Counted from the first letter of the stretch, positions 16,074 to 27,153 are shown. The stretch: DNA of 64,000 nt from a virus (IMGVR_UViG_2974719393_000001:1-64000); one strand, 5' to 3'. Notes: generated by a model from the sequence alone, not told the origin. Translations and numbers: made by a program.

Positions 16074-16308
16074 GTTTATTGCAGAAATTGAGTCTTGGGA
16101 TACCCCCGAGACTCAAGAATGTTTCCCAAAGTCAGAATACTGCCCGTTCGAAAAAGAAGGGGAGGATGGGACATTTATGTGTACCCAATGCCCTTTCTCT
16201 GAACGCAACAGGAAGCAGTTCCTCAATACGCTTAAAACCATCAAGCTACTGGAGCTAGACCATGTCGCTATTCCCGAAACTCCTAAAGCTACTAAAGGGA
16301 GCAAGTAA
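16045..16308 (+). CDS. small Cys-motif hypothetical protein
   Basis: C..CPF motifs. Confidence 0.55.
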   Translation: MTQPTYSTDKFIAEIESWDTPETQECFPKSEYCPFEKEGEDGTFMCTQCPFSERNRKQFLNTLKTIKLLELDHVAIPETPKATKGSK

Positions 16309-16483
16309 CACTGAATTGTGTGGCGCGGTAAACGCGAACTGCGATAACCAGTGTCAGTCTTGCCCATTTGGTTCGGCTAACAACAAAAAGCATATCGACA
16401 ATTCACTCGATATGATTAATCTGGTTATGGGTGAAAGCTTTAACCAGACAGAGGAAATCCCCGATTATGATTCAGACGACTAA
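16262..16483 (+). CDS. small Cys-motif hypothetical protein
   Basis: C-x5-C-x3-CQSCPF. Confidence 0.55.
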   Translation: MSLFPKLLKLLKGASNTELCGAVNANCDNQCQSCPFGSANNKKHIDNSLDMINLVMGESFNQTEEIPDYDSDD

Positions 16484-17717
16484 CCTAACTGCACACCAGC
16501 AGTTGGGTTTAGATGCGTTTGAAGATTTCCTCTTCAACTCCAATGACCGAGAGTTCGTTCTAAGCGGATTCTCGGGCGTTGGTAAAACGCACTTAACATC
16601 CGCAATGATTGTTAGTGTGCAAAAGTATATCAAATCCTGTGAGCTCATCGGCATTGATGCCGATACCACCTACGAGCTTACGGCGACTACAAACCAAGCA
16701 GCAAAAGTACTAAGTGACCGGCTGAAAATGCCAATAGACACAATCTTCTCTGCGCTGAAAGTTAAACTTCGTGAAAATTACCGTACCGGTAAAGAAGACT
16801 TAGATTTCAGTAACTGTAGTATTCATTACGATAAAGTAATTTATTTCATTGATGAGGCTTCATACCTCAGTAACGAAATGATTGGAGCTTTACGTAGCTA
16901 CAGACCCAACAGTAAGTTTGTGTATATAGGCGATAAATTTCAGTTACCACCGGTCGGGTACAATACTGCCCCTGCCTTTGATATTGTGGCTCCACAATAC
17001 CATCTCTCTGACATTATCCGTCAAAACTCCCAAGCACAAAAAGACCTTGTATTATCACTGAAAGATGAAGTAGAACAGAATCGCTTCATGTATAGTATTC
17101 ACAAATTCCATAACGGTAATGAAATCATCATTTGTAATGGCTCAGATTTTCAAGCCCTAATAGATGCTGAATTCTCACGCCCAGATTACGAAGAAGACGA
17201 TGCAAAAATACTTGCTTATCATAATCACACTGTTACTGCCTATTCTCATTACGTTAGAGAGTTGCACGGTAAGCCTGAATTATTTGTCTCGGGCGACACC
17301 GTCATCCTCGGACAGTCATGGGGCAACATCCCCACAGCATTTAAAGCTACAGTAGACTCAATTAGTTCTAAGCCAACCGAATTCTATGGTTTAGAGGCTT
17401 ACTACGTCACTGTTAATGGTGCTGAAGGCGTGTACACTCCTGACTTCGAAGGTCTGAAAGCCTTAAAGAAAGAGTACGCATGGCAGTGTTCAAGACAGTA
17501 CAAGCATTGGGCAGAGTACTTCGAACTGAAGAATTTCTTCGTCGATTTACGTGACCCAAGTTCATCCACTGTGCATAAAGCACAGGGTTCCACACACAAG
17601 ACAATTTTCGTTGACATGCACGACTTAAACGAGTGTAAGTCTCCTAGTCTGTTGCGCCGTTTGCGCTACGTGGGTTTGTCACGTGGAGCAGAGAGAGTAG
17701 TAGCTTATGCGAAATAA
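16467..17717 (+). CDS. SF1B (Dda/RecD-like) DNA helicase
   Basis: GFSGVGKT, DEAS, GDKFQLPPV, 'IIRQ', TVHKAQGST, YVGLSR motifs. Confidence 0.9.
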   Translation: MIQTTNLTAHQQLGLDAFEDFLFNSNDREFVLSGFSGVGKTHLTSAMIVSVQKYIKSCELIGIDADTTYELTATTNQAAKVLSDRLKMPIDTIFSALKVKLRENYRTGKEDLDFSNCSIHYDKVIYFIDEASYLSNEMIGALRSYRPNSKFVYIGDKFQLPPVGYNTAPAFDIVAPQYHLSDIIRQNSQAQKDLVLSLKDEVEQNRFMYSIHKFHNGNEIIICNGSDFQALIDAEFSRPDYEEDDAKILAYHNHTVTAYSHYVRELHGKPELFVSGDTVILGQSWGNIPTAFKATVDSISSKPTEFYGLEAYYVTVNGAEGVYTPDFEGLKALKKEYAWQCSRQYKHWAEYFELKNFFVDLRDPSSSTVHKAQGSTHKTIFVDMHDLNECKSPSLLRRLRYVGLSRGAERVVAYAK

Positions 17718-18204
17718 AGAAATATCGTGGGGATACGCTATTGGAAGTTCCGCTTCCAAATATGAGCGTTGGCAGTATGGCACCCACATGACACTGCGAT
17801 TGCAGAAACTGTTGGTTAAAGCCATGGGGCGCGAATTGAATCGCCCACTGGAACCAGCTTTCCGAACAACCACATTCATGATGAATCCTCACGGTGTTGC
17901 TTTAAAAAGCCATGTTTACCACTTAGAGCCAGAGGAAGAAGCAGCACAGAGAGAGATTATCGAAGCTTACCGCCAAAGCATTGAGCTTGGGCAAAAGTTA
18001 GAAAATTCTCTACGCCGCGTAATGAATGCAGCTGAAACCACCCACGAACAACTGTACGCAATCAATAATCTGTACGGTGACTCAACTGAGGTAGCTGACG
18101 AATGGATTTCCGACGAGTTCAAAGCAATGTGCGACGCCGAGACGTACAGAGATTCTGCGAGAGAGTTAAGGCTGCTAGTAATTCTCCACGGAGGCACTCT
18201 ATGA
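17707..18204 (+). CDS. hypothetical protein
   Basis: Coupled ORF between helicase and polymerase. Confidence 0.65.
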   Translation: MRNKEISWGYAIGSSASKYERWQYGTHMTLRLQKLLVKAMGRELNRPLEPAFRTTTFMMNPHGVALKSHVYHLEPEEEAAQREIIEAYRQSIELGQKLENSLRRVMNAAETTHEQLYAINNLYGDSTEVADEWISDEFKAMCDAETYRDSARELRLLVILHGGTL

Positions 18205-18764
18205 GAACGATTGACCTACACGGTTACAGTTCTCATTCGATAGGTGCATTGTGCGAAATCACATTGCTGGCCCAGTACTACCAACAGGAATTCGGTTGGG
18301 TACTAAATCATGCCCGAGAACAGAAACCAGAGGCTAATGCCTTGTACATTGGCTCCTATGTCCTTCTGCTAAACCCCGCTGAAAATGCATTATATAACGG
18401 TGCTCAATGTGACACCAAAGATGAAACGATGGCCTTCATACTCAATGAAACTCTGCGTCTAAAAGCAGAAGCCAAGGAAGTCAATGCTCTATTCAAATTG
18501 GCCTCACGCACTTGTGAAGAACCACGTTATAGAAAAGTGAGTATGTTCCACTTGATGGGCTTACAGCAAAACATGGGCAGTCCTTTACTGGACAAAGACG
18601 TAGTCAAGGTAATGGAGTTCCAACGTGCGAACCAAAAGACTCTTACCAAGATGAAAGAGGCTTGTGTTCGAGCTCTGCTGCGCGGTATTCAACCACCATT
18701 CGTATTCAACGATGACATGGACTTGTCGGACAATAAGCGTACGTACAAGAGCATCTTCGACTAA
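18201..18764 (+). CDS. hypothetical protein
   Basis: GGAGG SD, ATGA overlap with the upstream stop. Confidence 0.65.
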   Translation: MRTIDLHGYSSHSIGALCEITLLAQYYQQEFGWVLNHAREQKPEANALYIGSYVLLLNPAENALYNGAQCDTKDETMAFILNETLRLKAEAKEVNALFKLASRTCEEPRYRKVSMFHLMGLQQNMGSPLLDKDVVKVMEFQRANQKTLTKMKEACVRALLRGIQPPFVFNDDMDLSDNKRTYKSIFD

Positions 18765-18796
18765 ACTGTAGTTCCACCCACTAACCTGAGGTATCC

Positions 18797-21418
18797 ATGC
18801 GACACTTACTTTTCAAAGAACAGGACTCCTATCAAGTCGCAATCTTGATTAAAGAAGCCGCGTTCAAAAAAGATTTGTTGGTCAAGCATTACGTCAAGCC
18901 GTTGGAAGCCCTAGGTATTAACCGCGATGACATTATTTTCTTCACCCTTGAGTATGACAACCCCAAGAAGGTGAAGGCGTCTACCGCAAAAGCGTACATG
19001 GAAAAACTACTTCCAGTACTCCAACGGTTTGATATTGAACACATTATTTGTTGTGACCCTAATTACTACAAACCATTGTGTAAAAAGACCAATACGGAAA
19101 AAGAGCACGGTTACGTGCAGCCAAGCCAACTGAAAGGATGGGAAGACGTATTCCAAGTCGCTATCTGTCCTAACTTCCAGGGCTTGTTCCGCAATCCAGA
19201 CCTCCAAGCCAAAATGGATATGGACATGCACGCCATGGCCACGTTCATTCAGGGCACATTCGAGGAACTCGGCAAGGACGTAATTCACCTGTATGAATAT
19301 ACAGAGGATTACTTTGAAATCCGCGACCGACTGGAGAAGCTACTCCTAGAACCAAAACTCACCTGTGACGTTGAGGCTTTCTCGTTAAAGCACCCCACAG
19401 CTGGATTGGGCTCGATTGGATTCGCTCGCAATAAACATGAAGGTTGGACAATCGGTGTTGATAAAATCATCAACCGAGCTGCTACATTTGAGGAGCAAGT
19501 TAACTGTCCAATTCGTGCACTACTACGTGATTTCTTCGAACGCTACGAAGGCAAAGTGGTTTACCACAATGCTTCCTTCGATATTAAAATCATTCTGTTC
19601 AACCTATGGATGAAGCACCTGACTGACCAAGAAGGGCTAGTCAAAGGTTTGAACATTATGACCCGCAACTTCGACGACACTAAAGTCATCACGTACTTGG
19701 CAACAAACAGTACTGCTGGTAACCATCTTGGTTTGAAAGACCAGAGCCATGAATACACCGGTAACTACGCTGTCGATGACATCGACGATATTTCTCTTAT
19801 CCCAAAAGAAGAGTTGTATCGTTACAATGCTATTGACTGTATGGCTACTTGGTATGTGCATGAGAAGCATTGGGACACGGTAGTTGAAGATGACCAACTG
19901 GAAATCTACAACGACATCATGATTCCAAGCTTACGTGTCATTATCCAGATGGAATTAACCGGGATGTGCTTAGACATGGCCCGGGTTCAGCGAGCAGTAC
20001 GTTCAGTTGACCGCAACCTACGTTGGTACAACCGTATAGTTGACGCGCATCCTGCGGTTCAGCAGGTAATCACCCTCAAGAAACAGCGACAAATCGAAGA
20101 AGATAATAAGAAACTCAAAACCAAGCAACGCACTTGGGACGAGGTGGACTATATCGGATTCAACTCTGGCTCGACCAAAGATTTGCAAATTCTGTTGCAT
20201 GAGGTGTTGGACTACAAAGTCCATGATAAAACTGCGACCAAACAACCAGCTACCGGTAACAAAACTCTCAAGAAACATATGAGCATGTCCTGTAAGGACG
20301 AATCAGAGCGTAACTTGATGAAAGCGTTAGTTGGTATTGGTGACGCGTCTATCATTCGAAACAACTTCCTTAAAAACTTCTTGGAAGCCACATACTCAGA
20401 AGAAGACGGAGCTTACTACATCTTCGGTAACTTCAATCTGGGTGGTACGGTATCAGGACGATTATCCTCCAGTGGGCCTAATCTCCAAAATATCCCGTCT
20501 AGCGGTACTCCTTATGCCAAGATGATTAAGAAATGTTTCATTGCTCCACCAGGGTTCGTATTTGTAGGTGCCGACTTCGCTTCACTAGAAGACCGAATCT
20601 CAGCACTGACTACACGCGACCCAATGAAACTGAAGGTGTATACCGATGGATATGATGGACATTGCCTCCGAGCTTATCACTATTTCCCAACAGAATATGT
20701 GGGAATACCAGAGACTCCTGCGGCAATCAATGCCACCAAGAGTACTCATAAAAAGTGGCGTCAATTATCGAAGACACCAACGTTTGCCCTTACCTATGGC
20801 GGGACTTACATGGCAATTGTTGAGCAGACAGGGATGCCTGTCGCCGACGCAAAAGCAATTGAAGAGAACTACCATAAGCTCTACTCAGCGAGTGATGCTT
20901 GGGTCGAGGGGCATGTCAAAAAGGCGACTACAACTGGGTATGTTACATGCGCATTTGGACTTCGCGTTAGGACTCCTATACTCGCCAAGACGATACTAGG
21001 TCTGAAGGAAACCCCTTATGAAGCACAGAAGGAAGCCCGCACTGCCGGCAACGCCTTAGGCCAATCATGGGGCCTACTCAACAACCGTGCCGCTATCGAG
21101 CTACAAGAGAAGACTCTCAAGAGCGCGTTCGTACTTGATATTCGCCCTTGTGCTCACATTCATGACGCTCAGTATTTCTATGTGCGCGATGACGTGGCTG
21201 CTGTGGAGTACCTCAATAACAACCTAGGCGATGCAATGGCGTGGCAAAACCACCCATTAATCCAGCATCCAGATGTTCATCTATCTGGTGAGTTGGACTT
21301 GTTCTACCCATCTTGGGCATATGACAAGACGTTACCAAACCATGCTTCTCAGGACCTCATCTTCAAAATTGCAGATGCATCACCTGAAGAGTACAAAAAA
21401 TTAATGAAATCCCTATAG
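18797..21418 (+). CDS. family A DNA polymerase (N4-like)
   Basis: Exo motifs (DVEA, HNASFD, YNAID), 'GRLSSSGPNLQNIP', motif A DFASLEDR, motif B RQLSKTPTFALTYG, motif C HDA. Confidence 0.95.
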   Translation: MRHLLFKEQDSYQVAILIKEAAFKKDLLVKHYVKPLEALGINRDDIIFFTLEYDNPKKVKASTAKAYMEKLLPVLQRFDIEHIICCDPNYYKPLCKKTNTEKEHGYVQPSQLKGWEDVFQVAICPNFQGLFRNPDLQAKMDMDMHAMATFIQGTFEELGKDVIHLYEYTEDYFEIRDRLEKLLLEPKLTCDVEAFSLKHPTAGLGSIGFARNKHEGWTIGVDKIINRAATFEEQVNCPIRALLRDFFERYEGKVVYHNASFDIKIILFNLWMKHLTDQEGLVKGLNIMTRNFDDTKVITYLATNSTAGNHLGLKDQSHEYTGNYAVDDIDDISLIPKEELYRYNAIDCMATWYVHEKHWDTVVEDDQLEIYNDIMIPSLRVIIQMELTGMCLDMARVQRAVRSVDRNLRWYNRIVDAHPAVQQVITLKKQRQIEEDNKKLKTKQRTWDEVDYIGFNSGSTKDLQILLHEVLDYKVHDKTATKQPATGNKTLKKHMSMSCKDESERNLMKALVGIGDASIIRNNFLKNFLEATYSEEDGAYYIFGNFNLGGTVSGRLSSSGPNLQNIPSSGTPYAKMIKKCFIAPPGFVFVGADFASLEDRISALTTRDPMKLKVYTDGYDGHCLRAYHYFPTEYVGIPETPAAINATKSTHKKWRQLSKTPTFALTYGGTYMAIVEQTGMPVADAKAIEENYHKLYSASDAWVEGHVKKATTTGYVTCAFGLRVRTPILAKTILGLKETPYEAQKEARTAGNALGQSWGLLNNRAAIELQEKTLKSAFVLDIRPCAHIHDAQYFYVRDDVAAVEYLNNNLGDAMAWQNHPLIQHPDVHLSGELDLFYPSWAYDKTLPNHASQDLIFKIADASPEEYKKLMKSL

Positions 21419-21425
21419 TCGTGGT

Positions 21426-21440
21426 GGTGGCTTCGCCACC
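21426..21440 (+). promoter_or_regulatory. vRNAP-type triloop hairpin GGTGGC-TTC-GCCACC
   Basis: Intergenic; stem extends via GTCGTGG/CCACGAC. Confidence 0.45.
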
Positions 21441-21469
21441 TCCCACGACCTATTCAACGGAGAGTTATC

Positions 21470-21754
21470 ATGGCAAAGTCACCACTTATTGTTAACGAAA
21501 GCAGCAATCATTCACTTCCTTACCCACGTAACGTTCAAGTCTCTGGTCGTACCTCAGGTGGTGGTAATTACCTGATGCGTGCAGCGGCTTACGCCAAGGA
21601 ACACGACGAGCGCCATGTGTACGTGTGTGTTTCACCGGGTGAAAAGCAAGAAGCAGTTACTGAGGCTATCAAGCAGCAGTACTTGCTGATGAACACTGTC
21701 GGTAAGACAAACTTCACGATTACTATCGTGAAAGAGGATGCTTGCATCATCTAG
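21470..21754 (+). CDS. hypothetical protein
   Basis: GGAG SD. Confidence 0.65.
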   Translation: MAKSPLIVNESSNHSLPYPRNVQVSGRTSGGGNYLMRAAAYAKEHDERHVYVCVSPGEKQEAVTEAIKQQYLLMNTVGKTNFTITIVKEDACII

Positions 21755-21763
21755 GAGTACACC

Positions 21764-22780
21764 ATGCCAAAGGCAAAGTACGAAAACGATTGTGATGCGC
21801 CGCTCAGTGTAGCCGTATGGCTCGCTGACGACGATTACAGCTTCAACCCTGACGAACGTGCATTATCTTGTACGGACCTCTTAAAATCGCATAGACAGCT
21901 TGTATTGCGACAACGCCGATTAGCGGTATTGTCTGCAAATCCACAGATTGCAGTGGAAGCAGTGAAGTTGTCTACTCGCGTCGCGAGCCGCATGGGTCAA
22001 TCAATCCATGCCGGTATTGAGCACACGTGGAACAACAATGCAGCGGAAGCACTCATGAAATTGGGTTACCCGAAGCGTGTTGCTGACAAAGTGGTCATTA
22101 ATCCAGACCCAGATAGTGATTTAGAAGACCTAATCCCTATTTATATGGAAATTCGCAACGAGCGAGAAATTGAAGGTTTTATCATTTCTGGTCAGTTTGA
22201 CTTCTGTATTGAAGGGCGTCTTGAAGATTTTAAATCGACAAGCGTATTCACTTACACGAACCAAACCAATGCTGACAAGTATGTTAAACAGGGCTCGATT
22301 TATCGTTGGTTAAATCCTAAAATTGTGACTGAAGATATTTTCAACATTAACTATATCTTTACTGACTGGTCTAAGAACATGGCACGCGGCGCTAATTACC
22401 CGAGCCAACGTGTAATGGCACAGACATTCAATCTGATGCCAGTAAGCGAGACAGAATCTTGGATTCGTCAGAAGTTGATTACGATTAAAAATCTCGAATC
22501 AGTCCCTGAACCAGAACTACCAGACTGCACTCCAAAAGAACTTTGGCAGAAAGAGCCGAAGTACAAGTACTACTCCGACCCGAACAAAGCTGCGGCTGGC
22601 GGTCGAGCTACCAAAAACTTTGATGACAAAATGTCTGCTCAACTCCATTTATCGGATAAGGGCAAGGGCACTATCATCACTGTTCCCGGTGAAGTAGTAG
22701 CTTGTAAATACTGTGACGAGTTCGATGCGTGTACGCAGAAAGACCGTCTGATTGTAGTTGGTGCATTACGAATGGAGTAA
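21764..22780 (+). CDS. PD-(D/E)XK nuclease (N4 gp42-like)
   Basis: 'ISGQFD...EDFKSTS' catalytic motif, C-terminal CKYC...C. Confidence 0.8.
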   Translation: MPKAKYENDCDAPLSVAVWLADDDYSFNPDERALSCTDLLKSHRQLVLRQRRLAVLSANPQIAVEAVKLSTRVASRMGQSIHAGIEHTWNNNAAEALMKLGYPKRVADKVVINPDPDSDLEDLIPIYMEIRNEREIEGFIISGQFDFCIEGRLEDFKSTSVFTYTNQTNADKYVKQGSIYRWLNPKIVTEDIFNINYIFTDWSKNMARGANYPSQRVMAQTFNLMPVSETESWIRQKLITIKNLESVPEPELPDCTPKELWQKEPKYKYYSDPNKAAAGGRATKNFDDKMSAQLHLSDKGKGTIITVPGEVVACKYCDEFDACTQKDRLIVVGALRME

Positions 22781-22783
22781 ACC

Positions 22784-24946
22784 GTGACAAAACGTTTACC
22801 AACACTAGAAACCATGACATTCAACCCAACGATTGAAGCTGTTGTGGATACACTGTGTGAGCGTACGCAGAATGACAACCGTCAATTCTTCCGTCTCTTG
22901 GTCACCTACAATATGTGTAAGGTGGCCTCGATGATGCGTGCAAGCGTACTCACTCATGACCGTGGTAGCATTCCTGTAAATATGTATGCTATCAACCTCG
23001 CAAGCTCAGGTTTCGGTAAAGGCTACTCAACTAACATCATGGAAGATGAGGTGCTACACCTATTCCGTGAGACTTTCCTTGAGAAGACCTTCGAAATCCT
23101 AGCGGAAAACAACCTCGACATGATTGCTAATCGCCGAGCAGCCCGTAAAGGCACAGCTACGGATGATGAGCGCTTACGTGTCGATAAAGAGTTCGACGCA
23201 TTGGGCCCACTTTTATTCGCATTTGACTCTGGTACTTCACCAGCTGTTAAGCAGATGCGTCAGAAACTTCTGATGGCAAATGTAGGTTCTATGAACTTCG
23301 AGTGTGATGAAATTGGTTCTAACCTGATTAACCAAATCGACGTTATGAATGTGTTCCTTGAACTGTATGACGTAGGTAAGGTCAAGCAGAGGCTAGTGAA
23401 GTTTAGTGCTGAGAACCAGCGTAATGAAGAAATTCACGGGCGCACTCCTTGTAACATGATGTTGTTCGGTACTCCGGCCAAGCTGCTTAACGGCGGTAAG
23501 ACGGAAGAAGAACTAATGTCATTCCTTGAGACTGGTTATGGCCGACGCTGCCTATTCGGTTACTCACGTCACTATGCATTCGACGAGGAGCTTACTCCTG
23601 AAGATGTATACGACATGATGACTAACACAGCATCAAGCCAAACCATTATCAATCTAGCAACACAACTGAAGCAACTAGCTGACCCAATGAACTTTGGCCG
23701 CGAAATTCCTATGGAAAAAGAAGTGGCACTACAGGTCATTGAATACAAGCTAATGTGTGAACGCTACGCGGCTAAGATGCCAGAGCATGAAGAAATTCGT
23801 CGTGCAGAAATGACACACCGATACTTCAAAGCACTTAAAGTTGCTGGTGCTCTAGCATTCATCGAGCAGTCAGACGACATTACCGAAGACCACCTGTACA
23901 ACGCTATTGCACTTGTAGAAGAGTCTGGTAAAGGTCTAAACGCTCTATTAGCTCGTGAACGTCCATACGTGAAACTAGCTCAGTACATTGCTGGCGTTAA
24001 TGGCGAACTAACTCACGCTGACCTAGTAGAAGAACTACCGTTCTACAAAGGCACCAATACTCAGAAGCAGGAAATGCTAACACTGGCTATTGCGTGGGCT
24101 TACAAAAACAACATCGTCATTAAGAAGTCATTTACCGAAGGTATTGAATTCTTGTCTGGTGAGTCCTTGAAGGAAACCAACCTAGACGAAATGATTATGG
24201 CCGCGTCAGATGACATCGCCTATGGCTATGAGAACCAACGAATCAAGTGGGATGAAATTGGTATGGTCGGCGAAAATGCCGGTTACCATTGGATTAACCA
24301 CTGGTCAAAAGACGGACACCGTCATGATGACAAGATGATTCCAGGTTTCAATATGCTTGTACTGGATATCGATAATGACGTGAGTCTTGAGACAGCAATG
24401 TTCTTAATGAAAGACTACACGTACTACATCTATACCACCAAGCGCCACACTGACGACGAGCACCGCTTCCGTATGATTCTGCCAACCAACTTCGAGTTGC
24501 GCCTTGATGCAGAAGATTACAAAGAATTCATGCACAACGTGTATGAATTTCTGCCGTTCAAGTCAGACGAAGCCACTGGCCAACGTGCTCGTAAATGGTT
24601 GACCCATGAAGGGGACACTTACAGCAATGAAGGCCAACTGTTCGACGTAATTCCATTCATTCCTAAAACCACTAAGAACGAAGCACGTCAAGCTGCGAAT
24701 GTTGACCTATCGAACCTGTCCAACTTGGAACGTTGGTTCTGTAACAACACCGGCAAAGGCAATCGCTCTAACCAGCTAGTCAAGTACGCCTTGATGCTAG
24801 TGGATGCGGGTGGTGACGTGGACTACGTGACAGATGCAGTAATCTCGTTGAATGATAAGCTACCGAATAAACTACCGGAAGCTGAAATTCATTCTACAAT
24901 CATGGTCACAGCTAGTAAGGCAATCATTGCCCGAGCTAAGGTGTAG
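22784..24946 (+). CDS. DNA primase (N4 gp43-like)
   Basis: P-loop-like ASSGFGKG, prim-pol 'LDIDND..YTTKRH....HRFR', C-terminal PriCT-like 'GNRSNQL'. Confidence 0.85.
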   Translation: MTKRLPTLETMTFNPTIEAVVDTLCERTQNDNRQFFRLLVTYNMCKVASMMRASVLTHDRGSIPVNMYAINLASSGFGKGYSTNIMEDEVLHLFRETFLEKTFEILAENNLDMIANRRAARKGTATDDERLRVDKEFDALGPLLFAFDSGTSPAVKQMRQKLLMANVGSMNFECDEIGSNLINQIDVMNVFLELYDVGKVKQRLVKFSAENQRNEEIHGRTPCNMMLFGTPAKLLNGGKTEEELMSFLETGYGRRCLFGYSRHYAFDEELTPEDVYDMMTNTASSQTIINLATQLKQLADPMNFGREIPMEKEVALQVIEYKLMCERYAAKMPEHEEIRRAEMTHRYFKALKVAGALAFIEQSDDITEDHLYNAIALVEESGKGLNALLARERPYVKLAQYIAGVNGELTHADLVEELPFYKGTNTQKQEMLTLAIAWAYKNNIVIKKSFTEGIEFLSGESLKETNLDEMIMAASDDIAYGYENQRIKWDEIGMVGENAGYHWINHWSKDGHRHDDKMIPGFNMLVLDIDNDVSLETAMFLMKDYTYYIYTTKRHTDDEHRFRMILPTNFELRLDAEDYKEFMHNVYEFLPFKSDEATGQRARKWLTHEGDTYSNEGQLFDVIPFIPKTTKNEARQAANVDLSNLSNLERWFCNNTGKGNRSNQLVKYALMLVDAGGDVDYVTDAVISLNDKLPNKLPEAEIHSTIMVTASKAIIARAKV

Positions 24947-24949
24947 CCT

Positions 24950-25207
24950 ATGCATTACACATCTGAAGGACCAGGCGGAACCAAAGTCTATTGGATTCAA
25001 CATGGAGCTGTATTCCTAAGTATCACTTACTTAGGGCGTCGTAAGGTTAACGCCTACATCGGTGTATCCACCAAGCTTCCAAAAGGATATTTGCCCACTA
25101 ACAGTGATAACACACCTGCGGTGGTCAAAAGGGCATTCAACAACGCAACCTCAGGACGCACAGAGTTTCCTGTAGGGGGCCTAATTCGAGTACAAGTCAA
25201 TGACTGA
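24950..25207 (+). CDS. hypothetical protein
   Basis: AAGG SD, overlaps the next gene. Confidence 0.55.
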   Translation: MHYTSEGPGGTKVYWIQHGAVFLSITYLGRRKVNAYIGVSTKLPKGYLPTNSDNTPAVVKRAFNNATSGRTEFPVGGLIRVQVND

Positions 25208-25925
25208 TTATGTAAATGACCATCTGGTATTGATTTCAGGCAAATCAGCTACCGGTAAATCAGCTTGTCTGATGGGTTTGGAGAACCCAGAAGGCGTGAT
25301 GTATCTCAACTGTGAGAACAACAAAAAGCTACCATTCCGTTCAAAATTCATGGAACTCACTGTAACTGACCCGTTGCAAGTCTATGAAGCATTCGAAGAA
25401 GCGGAAAGCATGCCTGATGTGCACACCATCGTAGTCGATACAGCGACATATATGATGGATATGTTCGAGTCTATGTACGTTCTAACAGCGGCAGACACTC
25501 GTTCAGCATGGGGCGACTATGCTCAGTTCTGGAAGAAACTGATGCAGAACTATGTGGCTAACTCCACCAAGAATGTTATCTTCTTGGCCCACACTAGTGA
25601 CGTGATGAACGAAACTGACCAAGTGATGGAATCATTTGTGAAGTTCAAAGGTTCAATCATGAACAATGGCGTTGAGTCTTACTTCTCGACTGTAATTTCA
25701 ACCAAGCGCGTACCGTTGAAAGACTTGAAGGAATACGACAACGATATGCTTGATATCACCAAAGAAGATGAAGCGGTGGGATTCAAGTACGTCTTCCAAA
25801 CCAAACTTACGAAGAAAACTACCGGTGAGCGTATTCGTTCGTCACTAGGTATGTGGGACCGTAAGGAAACCTTCATCGACAACAATGCGCAGCACGTAGT
25901 TAACCGTCTGCGTGAATACTATTGA
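25200..25925 (+). CDS. Sak4-like AAA ATPase / ssDNA annealing protein (N4 gp44-like)
   Basis: Walker A GKSATGKS, 'TIVVDT', 'IFLAH'. Confidence 0.8.
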   Translation: MTDYVNDHLVLISGKSATGKSACLMGLENPEGVMYLNCENNKKLPFRSKFMELTVTDPLQVYEAFEEAESMPDVHTIVVDTATYMMDMFESMYVLTAADTRSAWGDYAQFWKKLMQNYVANSTKNVIFLAHTSDVMNETDQVMESFVKFKGSIMNNGVESYFSTVISTKRVPLKDLKEYDNDMLDITKEDEAVGFKYVFQTKLTKKTTGERIRSSLGMWDRKETFIDNNAQHVVNRLREYY

Positions 25926-25933
25926 GGTGATAC

Positions 25934-26410
25934 ATGCAGGAACTAGCTGAAAGTCTCATATATGACCCGTTAACTGGTGAATTTACATGGAAGGTCTCTA
26001 GCCCACGACGCAAAGCAGGTAGTAAAGCTGGTGGTGTAAGTGGTGCTGGTTACGTATACATCGGTTTTCAAAAGAAAGTCTATCTGGCACACCGAGTAGC
26101 GTGGTTCATTATGGAAGGTGAGGTTCCTGATTGTATAGACCACATCGATGGCGACCGTACTAACAACGCATGGAACAATTTACGAAACATTTCTAAAAAA
26201 GAAAATCATCGTAACATGAAACGCAACTCTAAGAATACTACTGGAATCACTGGTGTATTTCCATATGAGCACAATCGTTTCAGAGCTTGTATCACTGTTG
26301 ACGGTAAAAATCTGCACCTTGGGTGTTTCGACACCATAGAGGAAGCCGCAGATGCTCGTAAAAACGCCGAGGTTAAGTATGGGTTTCATACTAACCACGG
26401 TAGAAACTAA
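25934..26410 (+). CDS. HNH endonuclease with C-terminal AP2 domain
   Basis: 'AHRVAW...IDHIDGDRTNNAWNNLR' and 'FRACITVDGKNLHLGCFDTIEEAADAR'. Confidence 0.9.
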   Translation: MQELAESLIYDPLTGEFTWKVSSPRRKAGSKAGGVSGAGYVYIGFQKKVYLAHRVAWFIMEGEVPDCIDHIDGDRTNNAWNNLRNISKKENHRNMKRNSKNTTGITGVFPYEHNRFRACITVDGKNLHLGCFDTIEEAADARKNAEVKYGFHTNHGRN

Positions 26411-26433
26411 TTAGCTAATTAAGAGAAACTATT

Positions 26434-27153
26434 ATGTCATTTCTAAAAAATCTAGGTAAAGACAAAGATATCCAACAAGAAACGGACAGCCTTGGCGGTG
26501 GTGCTAAAGAGTCTGGTCTATACAAGTGTGTTGTAGAAGCAGCATATCTTGGCGTTTCTAAAAACGGCGCGAACAGCATCACTATCGTGGCTAAGTCTGA
26601 AGAAGGTCACCAGTTCCGCGAAACCCTATGGGTAACCAACAAAGAAGGTAAAGAGTTCTACATCTACAACGATGAGAAACGCTTCCTACCAGGTTACAAC
26701 GTAGCGAATGCTATCGCCCTTCTGACTACAGGTTACGAACTAGCTGACCTTGATGACCCAGAAGAACGTACTCTGAACATCTACGACTTCGACGAGAAGA
26801 AAGAGCTACCAACTCAAGTAGACTGTCTAACTCAGCTGCACGGCGAAGAAATCTGGCTTGGTATTCTTAAAGAAATCCAAGACAAAACTAAAGCTAACCC
26901 AGCGACTGGTAAGTACGAGCCAACTGGTGAAACACGTGAAGTGAACGTCATCGACAAAGTGTTCCGTGCTGAATCAGGTCTAACTGTAGCGGAAGCTCGT
27001 CTAGGCCAAGACACTGGTGACTTCATGGACAAATGGGTTAACAAGTGGTCTGGTAAGACTCGCGACAAGTCTAAAGGTGCTGCTGCTGCTGGTAAAGCTG
27101 GTGCTCCAAACCAAAGCGCTGCTAAACCTAAGTCGTCACTATTTAAGAAATAA
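26434..27153 (+). CDS. N4-like single-stranded DNA-binding protein (late transcription activator in N4)
   Basis: 'DSLGGG..ESGLY', 'LPGYN', 'GETREVN.IDKVF'; syntenic with N4 gp45. Confidence 0.85.
   Translation: MSFLKNLGKDKDIQQETDSLGGGAKESGLYKCVVEAAYLGVSKNGANSITIVAKSEEGHQFRETLWVTNKEGKEFYIYNDEKRFLPGYNVANAIALLTTGYELADLDDPEERTLNIYDFDEKKELPTQVDCLTQLHGEEIWLGILKEIQDKTKANPATGKYEPTGETREVNVIDKVFRAESGLTVAEARLGQDTGDFMDKWVNKWSGKTRDKSKGAAAAGKAGAPNQSAAKPKSSLFKK

Noticed and set aside
18797-21418. Intein or intron in the DNA polymerase, terminase or vRNAP
   Set aside because: The ORFs are continuous, of expected size and show no intein splice motifs
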